A stretch of DNA of 64,000 nucleotides, taken from assembly GCA_964291265.2 (NCBI GenBank), contig OZ219747.1, positions 832,001 through 896,000 of the forward strand. The letters are read 5' to 3'. Of the stretch, positions 1-9,520 are shown piece by piece. A program made the position numbers and the translations under genes. Numbering within the stretch: position 1 is the first letter of the stretch; each line of letters begins with the position of its first letter. Source of the stretch: Alphaproteobacteria bacterium (GTDB lineage: Bacteria > Pseudomonadota > Alphaproteobacteria > SP197). The notes beneath the pieces are model-generated. The model saw only the letters and a program-made list of their open reading frames with translations. It searched no databases and was not told the origin of the DNA.

Positions 1-2134
1 GGTCAAGAAGTCGCGCGCGACGCGGGTGTCCGTCGCGCGGACCGGCAGGGAGATCGAGAAACTGCTCCTTGCCGGAGAGAGAGGGGAGGCCCTCCTGGGC
101 GGCCGGCCCCTCAAGGGGTCCGACATCGCGGTGCTCGTTCGCAAGCGCATCCAGGGACGCGAGATCGCAAGGGACCTGCGCGAGAGAGGTGTCGGCTGTG
201 TCGAGATCGACGATGCGAGCGTCTTCGAGACGCGGGAGGCCGAACAGCTGGAACGGGTGTTGTGGGCTCTCGCCGAGCCGGGCCGGATCACGCGGGAACG
301 CGCCATGCTGTCAAGCGACATCTTCGGCCTCGACAACGAAGAATTCCTCGCGATCAAGGATGATGACGCCACCTGGAACCGGTGGCTGGAGCGCATCGAC
401 GGCTGGCGACATGTCTGGCGGATGCGGGGAATAGGAACGGCACTCCATCGTATCCTCGCATTCGGGGACGGCCTGACGGCCTACGGCAATGCGCCCCGGC
501 GATTGAGCAACGTGCGCCACCTCATCGATATCCTGCAGGATGCCGAAGCAGACCTGCGTCTCGGCCCCGCCAGCCTCGCCACCTGGTTCAGCCGCCAGAT
601 GAGCGACACGGTCCACCGGGACGAAACGACCCTGCTGCGCCTCGAGAGTGACGAGGACCTGGTCCGCATCATGACGGTTCACTCCAGCAAGGGTCTCGAG
701 TTCCCGATCGTCTTCTGTCCCTTCACGTGGGATGTCATGAGCATCCGGACATCCCGCGACAACACGGCGATCTGCCACCTCGAAAGGAATGGCGGGACCG
801 GAACGTCCTATCCGGTGGTCCTCCATCTCGACCCCGGCGCCGGTGACCTCAACGCCGAGCTCATCGAGAACTTCATGGAGGATGTGCGTCTCCTCTATGT
901 CGCCCTGACACGGGCGCGGGAACGCTGTTACGTGGCGACGGCTAGGCTCGCCCGGACGAAGGAGATATCCCCGCTTTCGTGGCTGCTTCACCAGGGGCCG
1001 TTGAGCGAAGGTGACGTCGCGGGTCCGAACGTGAACACGACTGGAGAGTGGGCGGTTCCGTTCGCTGTCCGGGATCTCCACACGCTGGTCAAGGACTCGT
1101 TCCTCCGGCTGTCGGAGGACGCATGGCGCCGACAGATCGCCGAGGTCGTCGCGGGATCCGGGGGATCCATCGGACTGGAACCGGACAGCGTGGCGGGCGA
1201 CGCTCCCGGATCGGCATCCCCATCGCAGGAGGCCAGGCCGCTCCTCGAAGCGAGGCGGTTCACCAGGAAGCTTGAAAGCACCCGCCACATCACCAGTTTC
1301 TCCGCTCTCAGTGCCGATCACGGTCCGGGAGGCCGCCTGATCGGGCGCCCCGATCACGATGACGACCAGGGCCCGCCGTCCGATGACTCCGACGAGGCGC
1401 CATGCGATGGCAGGTCGCCCTTCACCTTTCCCCGGGGCGCCACCGCGGGCCGGTGCTTCCACGGCATCCTGGAAGCGATGGATCTCGATCCACAGGACGA
1501 CCTCGATACCATCTGCCGCCGGCAGCTGCGGCACTACGGCATCGACGGGTCATGGGCCGGCGTGGCGCAGGCCGTGGTCGTCAACGCTCGCGCCACGCTT
1601 CTCGAGGAGCCGGGGCACGCAGGCTTCCGCCTGGCCGATCCCCTGGAGAGGCTGCCGGAACTGGAATTCAGCTTTCCGGCCGAGAGGCTGCGGAGGCGGT
1701 GCATCTCGGAGTGTCTCGCGCGCCACGGCTACCCCGATCCGATCCCGTCATCGGCCGGCGCGGAGCCGATCAGGGGCTATCTCAGGGGATTCATCGATCT
1801 CGTGATCGCCCGTGACGATCGCTGGTACGTACTTGACTACAAGTCGAACTGGCTCGGCAACAGGGCAGACGACTACGAGTCGACACGGCTTCATCCGGCC
1901 ATGCACAACAGCGGCTACACCTTCCAGTACCTGCTCTACCTGGTTGCTCTCGACCGCTACCTGGGAACGAGGATCAAGGACTACGACTACGAACGCCACG
2001 TCGGCGGCGCCTTCTACCTGTTCCTGAGGGGGATGGACCCCGAGGCCGGCATGACCCGGGGCGTCTGGTTCGATCGGCCGACGCACGCCTGCATTCGTGA
2101 TCTCGACGCCTGCTTCAGGGACGACGCGCCTTGA
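1..2134 (+). CDS. recB: Exodeoxyribonuclease V beta subunit, C-terminal part (5'-truncated by the window edge)
   Basis: Helicase motifs DIAVLVR, IMTVHSSKGLEFPIV and RLLYVALTRA; RecB nuclease motif GFIDLV...YVLDYKSN; overlaps recD by 4 nt. Confidence 0.93.
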   Translation, partial: VKKSRATRVSVARTGREIEKLLLAGERGEALLGGRPLKGSDIAVLVRKRIQGREIARDLRERGVGCVEIDDASVFETREAEQLERVLWALAEPGRITRERAMLSSDIFGLDNEEFLAIKDDDATWNRWLERIDGWRHVWRMRGIGTALHRILAFGDGLTAYGNAPRRLSNVRHLIDILQDAEADLRLGPASLATWFSRQMSDTVHRDETTLLRLESDEDLVRIMTVHSSKGLEFPIVFCPFTWDVMSIRTSRDNTAICHLERNGGTGTSYPVVLHLDPGAGDLNAELIENFMEDVRLLYVALTRARERCYVATARLARTKEISPLSWLLHQGPLSEGDVAGPNVNTTGEWAVPFAVRDLHTLVKDSFLRLSEDAWRRQIAEVVAGSGGSIGLEPDSVAGDAPGSASPSQEARPLLEARRFTRKLESTRHITSFSALSADHGPGGRLIGRPDHDDDQGPPSDDSDEAPCDGRSPFTFPRGATAGRCFHGILEAMDLDPQDDLDTICRRQLRHYGIDGSWAGVAQAVVVNARATLLEEPGHAGFRLADPLERLPELEFSFPAERLRRRCISECLARHGYPDPIPSSAGAEPIRGYLRGFIDLVIARDDRWYVLDYKSNWLGNRADDYESTRLHPAMHNSGYTFQYLLYLVALDRYLGTRIKDYDYERHVGGAFYLFLRGMDPEAGMTRGVWFDRPTHACIRDLDACFRDDAP

Positions 2135-3825
2135 AGGCGCCAGGCGTCGTCGAGGACCTGTTGAGGGAGCGCGCCATCGCACCCATCGACCGGCACTTCG
2201 CTGCCCTCATGAGCGATCTCGCTCCCGACGACGACCCGTCGGTCGCGCTTGCCGCGGCCCTGGCGAGCGCCGCCACACGTGAAGGTCATACGTGCCTGGA
2301 TCTCGAGGAGCATGTGGGCCAGGACCCACGCACGCCTTGCCGGGATGCCTGGATCGCCTCTCTCGAGGCCAGCCCGGTTGTCAGGCAGGCAACCTCCGGC
2401 GCGTCTGCGCCCCTGGTTCTGGCCAGAGGCAGGCGTCTCTACCTGGAGCGCCTCTTCGAACTCGAGAGAACGGTTGCGGCAGGCGTTCGCGAACGCTGCG
2501 TCGGCTCCCTCGAAACGAAGGACTCGCACGCGGCCCTGATCGACCGGCACGTGCCGGCAGGTACAGCCACGGACGGTCCTCGCAAGGCGGTGACGATCGT
2601 CCTTGGCAGCAGGTTCTGCTGCATTTCCGGCGGCCCGGGCACGGGCAAGACCACGATCGTCGCCAGGCTCCTCTCGATCCTTCTGGATGCCGGCCTGGTG
2701 TTGCCGGGAGGCATCGTGCTGACAGCCCCGACAGGCAAGGCGGCGGCCCGTCTGCAGCAGGCCGTGCGCGATGCATCCGGGCGCCCCGACGTGGCCATGC
2801 TCGAGGCACGGACCATTCACCGCTGGCTCAATGCCAGTCGCTGGCGCGAGGAGCCGACGCAGCTGCTTGTCGTCGACGAGGCGTCCATGGTGGACATCAC
2901 CATCATGGGCCAGATCCTGGAGACTCTTCCGCAGACCGCCCGACTCGTGCTGCTGGGAGATTCCATGCAGTTGTCGTCGGTGCAACCGGGTTCCGTCTTC
3001 GCCGACTTCGTCGCCGCGTCCGCCTCGGGCTCGTCGCCGCTGCAGTCCCGTATCGTCGAGCTCCGTCACAACTGGCGTTTCGATGCCGAGGGGGGTATCG
3101 GACGTCTTGCCGAGGCCATCAGGCGCGGTGATGCAGATGGCGTCATCGAGGCCCTTGATGATCACGCGGAACCGGCGATCATGCGTTGTCCGCTCGACGG
3201 CGCCGAGGGCTTCCGAAGACTCGCGGTCCGCTTGACCGACGATGTCTACGCCCCCCAGGTGCGAGACGTGACCTCTTCTCCGGACCAAGGGCTCGATCCC
3301 TTCTCCCGGTTTGCCGTACTGTGCGGTCGCCGTCGCGGTGCAGTCGGGTCGGCGCGTTTCAACCGCCTTGTCGAGGAGGGGCTGAGAGAGCGTGGCCTGG
3401 CCTTGCGGCGAGATGAATTCTACGTCGGACGCCCGGTCATCATCATGCGAAATGACCCCGCAACGGGCCTCTCCAACGGCGACACGGGCATCGTGGTTCC
3501 GGCGGATGGCGACGGTCGCAACGTCGTTTTCCCTCAGCTTCGCGACGACGGGGGAAACGCGCTCCGCATCCCTGCGGGACGCCTGCCCGACCATGAAAGC
3601 GTCTTTGCCATGACCGTTCACCGGGCCCAGGGTTCGGAATACCGGGACGTGACGATCATCCCGGGCGAGGAGGAATCACGAATTCTCAGCCGCGAACTTC
3701 TCTACACCGCCGTCACGAGGGCGCGCCGCACGGTCACCATCCACGGCAGCGAGCCGGAGATCCGGGCCGCCCTTGCCAGGCGGACACGGCGCGCTTCCGG
3801 CCTCCTCGATGCCCTGACGGATTGA
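2131..3825 (+). CDS. recD: Exodeoxyribonuclease V alpha subunit
   Basis: Walker A SGGPGTGKTT, APTGKAAARL, VVDEASMV, LLGDSMQL, FAMTVHRAQGSEY, RELLYTAVTRAR; follows recB. Confidence 0.93.
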   Translation: MKAPGVVEDLLRERAIAPIDRHFAALMSDLAPDDDPSVALAAALASAATREGHTCLDLEEHVGQDPRTPCRDAWIASLEASPVVRQATSGASAPLVLARGRRLYLERLFELERTVAAGVRERCVGSLETKDSHAALIDRHVPAGTATDGPRKAVTIVLGSRFCCISGGPGTGKTTIVARLLSILLDAGLVLPGGIVLTAPTGKAAARLQQAVRDASGRPDVAMLEARTIHRWLNASRWREEPTQLLVVDEASMVDITIMGQILETLPQTARLVLLGDSMQLSSVQPGSVFADFVAASASGSSPLQSRIVELRHNWRFDAEGGIGRLAEAIRRGDADGVIEALDDHAEPAIMRCPLDGAEGFRRLAVRLTDDVYAPQVRDVTSSPDQGLDPFSRFAVLCGRRRGAVGSARFNRLVEEGLRERGLALRRDEFYVGRPVIIMRNDPATGLSNGDTGIVVPADGDGRNVVFPQLRDDGGNALRIPAGRLPDHESVFAMTVHRAQGSEYRDVTIIPGEEESRILSRELLYTAVTRARRTVTIHGSEPEIRAALARRTRRASGLLDALTD

Positions 3826-3836
3826 CGTCCCGGTGG

Positions 3837-5420
3837 CTACACGTCGATGGCGACGAACCGCATGGCCTGGCGCGCCGTGCGGCGCACCATCTTGCGCCGC
3901 ACCGGAGAGTGCAGGAGGCGGTTGAGGGCGGCGAGCGCCACGTCGGCCGCAAGGCCCGCTTCCCCGGACAAGGCGAGGCAGCGCACGGCTTCGGCCGTCT
4001 TGAGTAGATGAACCGAGACGATGTACTCGTCCTGACCGTGGTCAAGGAGCCTTGCCCCGACGTCGCTGAGGAAGGCGGCGCGGTCCGCGACTTTCCAGTC
4101 CTCGAAGTCCACGTTCGGGCTCTGATGACCGATGTTCCTGCCGGCGAAGCAGGCCATCTGCAGGAGGCCCGCCGGCCACAGGTCATCGTGGCGCCGGCAC
4201 AGCCGTAACACGGCATCGGAAAAGGTGAGGCCATGGGTCAGATCGAGCCAGCCGAAATCGCTGCCATAGGGCCGATCGATGTCATCGAGGTGAGCCAGGT
4301 CAAACGTCAGCATGTTCATCGCGTTGGCGCCGAGCAGGCTGCGAAAGAGATCGAGCGGCGCCGCCTGTCCGTGGCGGGCCGTGAACTCGACAGCCTGCGA
4401 GACGCCGAGCGTCGCGTAGTCCCTCGCGGTCGGCACCGAGCCGTTCGGTCTGGCGCCGAACGACTCGAGGGCGGGTCCATAGGCGCGGAACTCGGGGATG
4501 AGATCCTCGCGGAAGGACGACACGAGACTGCGGACCAGCGACAGCAGCAGGGGTTCGGCGACATCGTTCCCGAGGCGCTCGACGAGACAGGCGACCTTGG
4601 CGACGTAGATGACCGAGTGACCGAAGTCGGCGTAGTGCGCCAGGGCTGCCCGGGCAAGGCCCCGCTCCATCGTCACGTGGGCGTCGCCGGCGGCAAGCGC
4701 TCCCCGGGCAAGGCGGATCGCCCGGTCTTCGTCTTCCCTCTCGACGGCGGCGACAAATGCCTCCTCGTCCCAGTCCTGGACGCCTTCCGCAAAGGGATGG
4801 GAAGGCTCGCGCCGCGTATCGTCCGACATGTGACCGATCGCCTCGAGGAGGCAGATCAGGCGGTCTTCGGGGTTGTCCTCATGGCGGTCGTGGAGCGCCA
4901 GCCAGTCGGCGGCGCCGGCAAAGGCATGGGTCCAGCCGTACTCGAGCCGGTCGTGGGACCACTTGATGGCCTTCACCATGGCGATGAGCGGGTCCCCGCC
5001 CATGCGCATGATGCGGGCGATCTCACGGCTCATCTGTTCGTATGCGTGGTCGTCGAAGCCCTTCTTCAGTCCTTCAAGGGCGCCGGCGACCTGTTCCTCG
5101 AGAGGGGGGTCGACGATCTCGATCCAGACCGCTCCGTCGCGCTGCGCGACCGGGTAGGTGCGCAACCTGTCGCCGTCACGCTGGTTCTCCCCGGTTTGAA
5201 GGTCGAACTTCCAGTTGTGCCAGTTGCACGTGAGCTTGCAGTCCTCGTCGAGCGTGCCCTCGCGCAAGGGGTACCCCTCGTGCGGGCAGCGGTTGTTGCA
5301 GGCGAAGATCCCCTTCTTCGTGTTGAAGATGGCAATCTGGCGATTGTCGAGGCGGAAGACCGTGCGGCCCTTCTCGGCCAGGTCATCGCAGGAAACGGCC
5401 TTCACCCACCCCACGCCCAT
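3837..5420 (-). CDS. Rieske [2Fe-2S] domain protein with a long uncharacterised C-terminal region
   Basis: N-terminal CPHEG...CNWHNW Rieske ligands; about 420-aa C-terminal region with four spaced His motifs; GGAGG RBS. Confidence 0.85.
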   Translation of the reverse strand: MGVGWVKAVSCDDLAEKGRTVFRLDNRQIAIFNTKKGIFACNNRCPHEGYPLREGTLDEDCKLTCNWHNWKFDLQTGENQRDGDRLRTYPVAQRDGAVWIEIVDPPLEEQVAGALEGLKKGFDDHAYEQMSREIARIMRMGGDPLIAMVKAIKWSHDRLEYGWTHAFAGAADWLALHDRHEDNPEDRLICLLEAIGHMSDDTRREPSHPFAEGVQDWDEEAFVAAVEREDEDRAIRLARGALAAGDAHVTMERGLARAALAHYADFGHSVIYVAKVACLVERLGNDVAEPLLLSLVRSLVSSFREDLIPEFRAYGPALESFGARPNGSVPTARDYATLGVSQAVEFTARHGQAAPLDLFRSLLGANAMNMLTFDLAHLDDIDRPYGSDFGWLDLTHGLTFSDAVLRLCRRHDDLWPAGLLQMACFAGRNIGHQSPNVDFEDWKVADRAAFLSDVGARLLDHGQDEYIVSVHLLKTAEAVRCLALSGEAGLAADVALAALNRLLHSPVRRKMVRRTARQAMRFVAIDV

Positions 5421-5669
5421 GGCGGCCTCCGTTCACGGATGTCAGGTTTGAGCGACGATATCACAGCCTGCCGTCGGCATGCGAGACCCGGAGGGTGTCG
5501 CCCCGGGTGTTGATGGCTGCATAGAACGGCGGGATTTCGGCGATTTGCCGCGCTTTGTCAGGGTCGTGTTTCTTCCCTGTAGTCAGGTCCTATTGTCACG
5601 TCCTGTTGTCGTGGTTTGAGTGTTCGGCTGATTGTCTCCCCGATCGCCGCCCGTCTTTGCCTATTGTCG

Positions 5670-5893
5670 TTGTTCGCCGGCAACGATGACGGCGCCAGAA
5701 CCCGGGCGCGATGCGCCAGCCTTATCGGCGCCTGCAAGCTCAACGGCGTCAGTCCCCGGGCCTACCTGACCGACACCCTGCGCCGGATCGTCGACGTGCA
5801 CACCATGTCACGCATCGAAGACCCCATGCCCTGGAACTTCACCCCGACACTCCAGTCGCCAGCCGTCGACAAGGACAACCGCGCGGCGCTTAC
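5670..5893 (+). mobile_element. IS66-family transposase C-terminal remnant with right end
   Basis: SLIGACKLNGVSPRAYLTDTLRRI...IEDPMPWN is typical of the IS66 TnpC C-terminus; ends in CGCTTAC (5887-5893), the reverse complement of the IS66 IR GTAAGCG. Confidence 0.75.
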
Positions 5894-6201
5894 GGTGGTT
5901 TGACTGGAACCTGGCCGGGTATGCTGCGGCGGGCGAAGAGTCGCCCGGAGGTGGAGGCAGGCCATGGCTTCGGCCTTGCCGGTCGGCTGCTGCTGGCGGC
6001 GGGGCTGACGCTCCGGGCCGCGCTGGGCCTGGTGGAGACAGGCGGGCAAGCGGCCCCGGTGTGAGACTCGCCCTCGGCCTCAAGGGTATGCACTGGCCGA
6101 ACCCCGGAAACAGCCTCATGCTGCGCGGCGCCCTGCGCTGGTTGGAGAATGCAGGCCCTTATCTGTTTCCGCGCAACCCCCGTGCGGCGTCTGCTGCCAT
6201 G

Positions 6202-6322
6202 CGTGACCCCAGGCACAAGCTTCGCTTTGCGTGCCCTGGTGCTCGGCGAGAGCCTGGCAATGATCGGCACGACGCGCGGTCACCGGAAGGCACAGACAAC
6301 AGAGCGCTACGCCCGCCTCGCT
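6202..6322 (+). pseudogene. Tyrosine recombinase (integrase) C-terminal remnant
   Basis: Frameshifted RDPRH/SFALRALVLGESLAMIGTTRGHRKAQTTERYARLA resembles the HDLRH-SFA...GH...TTxRYAHL catalytic box. Confidence 0.65.
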
Positions 6323-6351
6323 CCGCTTGCGTGAGGCCGTGGGCGGCGGCG

Positions 6352-8670
6352 TCAGCCAACGAAGTCGAAGTCGGCCTCGGTCAGTTGCGACGCCTGAATC
6401 CCCACCACGGTCACAGTCCCCAAGGACCAGGTGATGACGGCGCCGTTGTCGGACTGCCGGATATCAAGGTCGTCGAAGTCAAGCTCCGAGTCGGCCGTGT
6501 GGAAGTCGATGCGGTCATACCCGTCTTCGAAGCCAAGGATCGTGTCGTCGCCACCATGCACGAATCCGAACGCGTCGTAGCCCGGGCGGCCCTGGAGCGT
6601 GTCGTCGCCCTTGCTGTCGTCGAGTGCCCAGTCGGGCAGGCCGTGGAAGTGGAAATCGTCTGCGGTCAGTTGCGACGCCTGGATTCCCTCCAGGGTGATG
6701 GTCCCCAGGGACCAGTTGATGGCAGCGCCGCTGTCGGACTGCCAGATCTCGAGGTCGTCGAAGCCGAGTTCCCCGTCGACCGAATGGAAGTCGAGGCGGT
6801 CCGTCCCGTCCTCGAAGTCGAGGATCGTGTCGTCGCTGCCATCCTCGAATCCCCACTGGCTGTAGTAGCCCTTCTCGAAGAAAGCGAACTTGTCGGCGCC
6901 CTCCCCGCCCCGGAGCGTGTCAACCCCCAAACCACCCGAGAGGAAATCGTCGCCCCTGCCGCCTTCCAGCGTGTCGTCGCCGTTACGACCGGTCAGAAAG
7001 TCGTGGCCGTCCCCGCCCCGGAGCACATCGTCGCCCGAGTTGCCGCGGAGGAGGTCGTTGCCTGCGCCGCCATGGATGATGTCATCGCCTTTTCGGCCGT
7101 AGAGCTTGTCGTCACCAGAACCGCCGTAGATCGTGTCGTCGCAGGCGGTGCCAAAGAGCCAATCGCGCCCCGCGCCGCCATGAATGGTCTCACCGCAATC
7201 CTCGACGTCGAGCGGCCCATCGCCCGAAGTGCCCGGGACCGTGTCCTTGTCGCCACCGCCGTCGTTGTTGGCATTCGGGTCGCCGCCGTCGTTGTCGTTG
7301 TCGAGGGGGTTGCCGCCGTCATTGTCGTCGTCGAGGGGGTTGCCGCCGTCATTGTCGTCGTCGCTCGTACTGGCGCCGTACACGACCGTTTCACCGCCAG
7401 CAGGCAGGATGAAGTCGTCCGCGTCCAAGCCGCCCGCTGACACACCCGACAGCCTGATCGTGTCGCCGCCGTCGCCGTAGCGGATGACGGCGTCGTCGCC
7501 GTCCTGCTCGATGACCAGCGCCTCAAACCCGCCGGATACGCCATCCAGGCGAATCCTGTCGCCACCCCCGAAGTCGGTAATGGTGTCGGCCCCGTCTCCC
7601 GCCGCGAACACGAAAGTGTCGCTGCCCTTGCCGCCAGCCAGCGTGTCGTCGCCGGCCCCGCCGGTCAGCGTGTCGGCGCCCCTGGCGCCACGCAGGGTGT
7701 CGTCGCCAGCTCCGCCCATCAGCGTGTCATTGCCCTTGCCGCCCCCCAGGGTGTCGTCGCCAGCCCCGCCGGTCAGCGTGTCGGCGCCCAGGCCGCCATA
7801 GAGGAGGTCGTCGCCGGCCCCACCGGTCAGCGTGTCGGCGCCCCTGTAGCCACGCAGGGTGTCGTCGCCATCACCGCCGGTCAGCGTGTCGGCGCCCTTG
7901 CCGCCCTTCAGCACCTCGCCGCCAGCAGGCCCGCCGCTCGAGGCGTCGCCGGACGTGCCCTGCGGCGGCGCACCCTGTGCCAGGGCGTTCGGCGAGACAG
8001 CCTCCTCGCCGCCAGCCTCCGGCGGTGCGGTCCCGGCATCCGGAAACCGGAAGTCGTCCGCGCCCAGGGAGGACGCCGTCACGTTCTCCAGCGTGATCGT
8101 GTCGCCGTCACCGTAGCGGATGACGGTATTGGAGCCTTGCTGCTCGATCACCAGGTCCCCGAGGCCGCCGGACACGCCGGCGATCTCGATGATGTCGCCC
8201 ACCTCGAAACCGGTCATGGTGTCGGCCCCGTCCCCCACCGCAAAGGCGAAGACATCGGCCCCCAGGCCACCATAGAGGTAGTCGTTGCCTCGGCCGCCCG
8301 TCAGCCGGTCGTTGCCCTGACCGCCGAACAGGCTGTCGATGCCGTCACCCCCGTCGAGCGTGTCGTCACCGTTGCCGCCATAGAGCGTGTCCGCCCCGGC
8401 GCCGCCGGTGAGCGTGTCGGCGCCCGCGCCGCCGTCCAGCGTGTCGTCGCCCGCACCGCCGTCCAGCGTGTCATCGTCCGAACTGCCGGGGTTCATGTCG
8501 AGAAAGCTCGCGTCGGCGTTCGGGTTTGCGGTTCCGCCCGTCAGGGTGTCGTCGCCGGCGCCGCCGGTCAGCGTGTCGTCGCCGAGGCCACCGATCAGCG
8601 TATCGTCGCCGATGCCGCCCGTCAGGGTGTCGTCGCCGGCGCCGCCGGTTCGGGAAACATGCTGTGTCAT
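6352..8670 (-). CDS. RTX-like calcium-binding repeat protein (probable type I secretion substrate)
   Basis: Dozens of GGxGxDxLx nonapeptides; AGGAG RBS before the ATG at 8670; aromatic-ending C-terminus ADFDFVG. Confidence 0.9.
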   Translation of the reverse strand: MTQHVSRTGGAGDDTLTGGIGDDTLIGGLGDDTLTGGAGDDTLTGGTANPNADASFLDMNPGSSDDDTLDGGAGDDTLDGGAGADTLTGGAGADTLYGGNGDDTLDGGDGIDSLFGGQGNDRLTGGRGNDYLYGGLGADVFAFAVGDGADTMTGFEVGDIIEIAGVSGGLGDLVIEQQGSNTVIRYGDGDTITLENVTASSLGADDFRFPDAGTAPPEAGGEEAVSPNALAQGAPPQGTSGDASSGGPAGGEVLKGGKGADTLTGGDGDDTLRGYRGADTLTGGAGDDLLYGGLGADTLTGGAGDDTLGGGKGNDTLMGGAGDDTLRGARGADTLTGGAGDDTLAGGKGSDTFVFAAGDGADTITDFGGGDRIRLDGVSGGFEALVIEQDGDDAVIRYGDGGDTIRLSGVSAGGLDADDFILPAGGETVVYGASTSDDDNDGGNPLDDDNDGGNPLDNDNDGGDPNANNDGGGDKDTVPGTSGDGPLDVEDCGETIHGGAGRDWLFGTACDDTIYGGSGDDKLYGRKGDDIIHGGAGNDLLRGNSGDDVLRGGDGHDFLTGRNGDDTLEGGRGDDFLSGGLGVDTLRGGEGADKFAFFEKGYYSQWGFEDGSDDTILDFEDGTDRLDFHSVDGELGFDDLEIWQSDSGAAINWSLGTITLEGIQASQLTADDFHFHGLPDWALDDSKGDDTLQGRPGYDAFGFVHGGDDTILGFEDGYDRIDFHTADSELDFDDLDIRQSDNGAVITWSLGTVTVVGIQASQLTEADFDFVG
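7282..7363. repeat. 30-bp tandem repeat encoding DDNDGGNPLD inside the RTX protein
   Basis: About 2.7 copies of a gccgccgtc-(a/g)ttgtcgt(c/t)gtcgagggggtt unit. Confidence 0.8.
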
Positions 8671-8773
8671 CGCGCTCACTCCTCGATGGATGGGCCTCCA
8701 TGGCAGGGCCTTTGAAGGCATGCCGAGCCGAGAGTTTATTCCGTGCCGGCCACCGCCGCAACCCCACCTCCTC

Positions 8774-9470
8774 CAGGGTCAGGATGATCCCACTCTGAAA
8801 TCCGCTTGATCCTTCTTGACGTCGGGCATTGATGCGTTGCACGCGCATATGAATGCCGAGTTTCCGCTGGCCATCCAGCGCTGTGTGTGCGCCGGGCCGT
8901 CCCTGTCGATTCGCAGGCGCATGGAGGCCTACCCGATTCATCAGGGATTTCCCCGGGGTCTTTCCCTGTCTGAGGTTCGTCTGGCGAGGCCGGAGGAGCG
9001 TCCGCTGTCGGACGCGCTGATGAACAAGCACCACGATCTCGGCTTCCGTCGCCCGGCGGGCCGCGGTCTGCGCTGGGTTGCGACCTTCAGGGGTCAGTGG
9101 CTTGGTGTGGCGGCGTGGCAGAACGGCGCCTTCAAGTGCGCTCCCCGCGACCGGTGGACCGGCTGGAAGCCTCAAGCAGCAGTTCCAGCGGCTCGGGGTG
9201 GTGGCCAACAACACGCGGTTCCTGGTCCTCTCCAAGCCCGGGGTGTTGGCGAACCTTGCTTCTGAGTTTCCTTGCGGGCATGGCGCGCCGGCTGTGCAAT
9301 GACTGGCTGAAGGTGCACGGCCACGGGGCGCTATACCGATCCCCACGGCAAGCTCAAGGAGATCTGCGTTACGGCACTGAGGCCCGCGATGCCCGGGCGC
9401 TGCTGTCGAGCCCGCTGCCGCTTCCCCCCGACGTGGCGCCGCCCTCATGCCCCGAACTGGCGCGTTGTCC
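8774..9470 (+). mobile_element. Degraded DUF4338-carrying IS remnant, probably ISAs1 family
   Basis: Begins CAGGG (ISAs1-type end); frameshifted LMNKHHDLGFRRPAGRGLRWVA...RDRWTGW...VANNTRFLVL...NLAS is DUF4338-like. Confidence 0.6.
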
Positions 9471-9520
9471 CGGCGCACTTGCCTCGATACGCGCGTTTGG
9501 CGACGATGCATGCGGAGGGA

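Noticed and set aside
5559-8790. Composite transposon around the RTX gene bounded by CAGGGTC at 5559 and 8774
   Set aside because: The motifs are short and in direct orientation, with no TSD.
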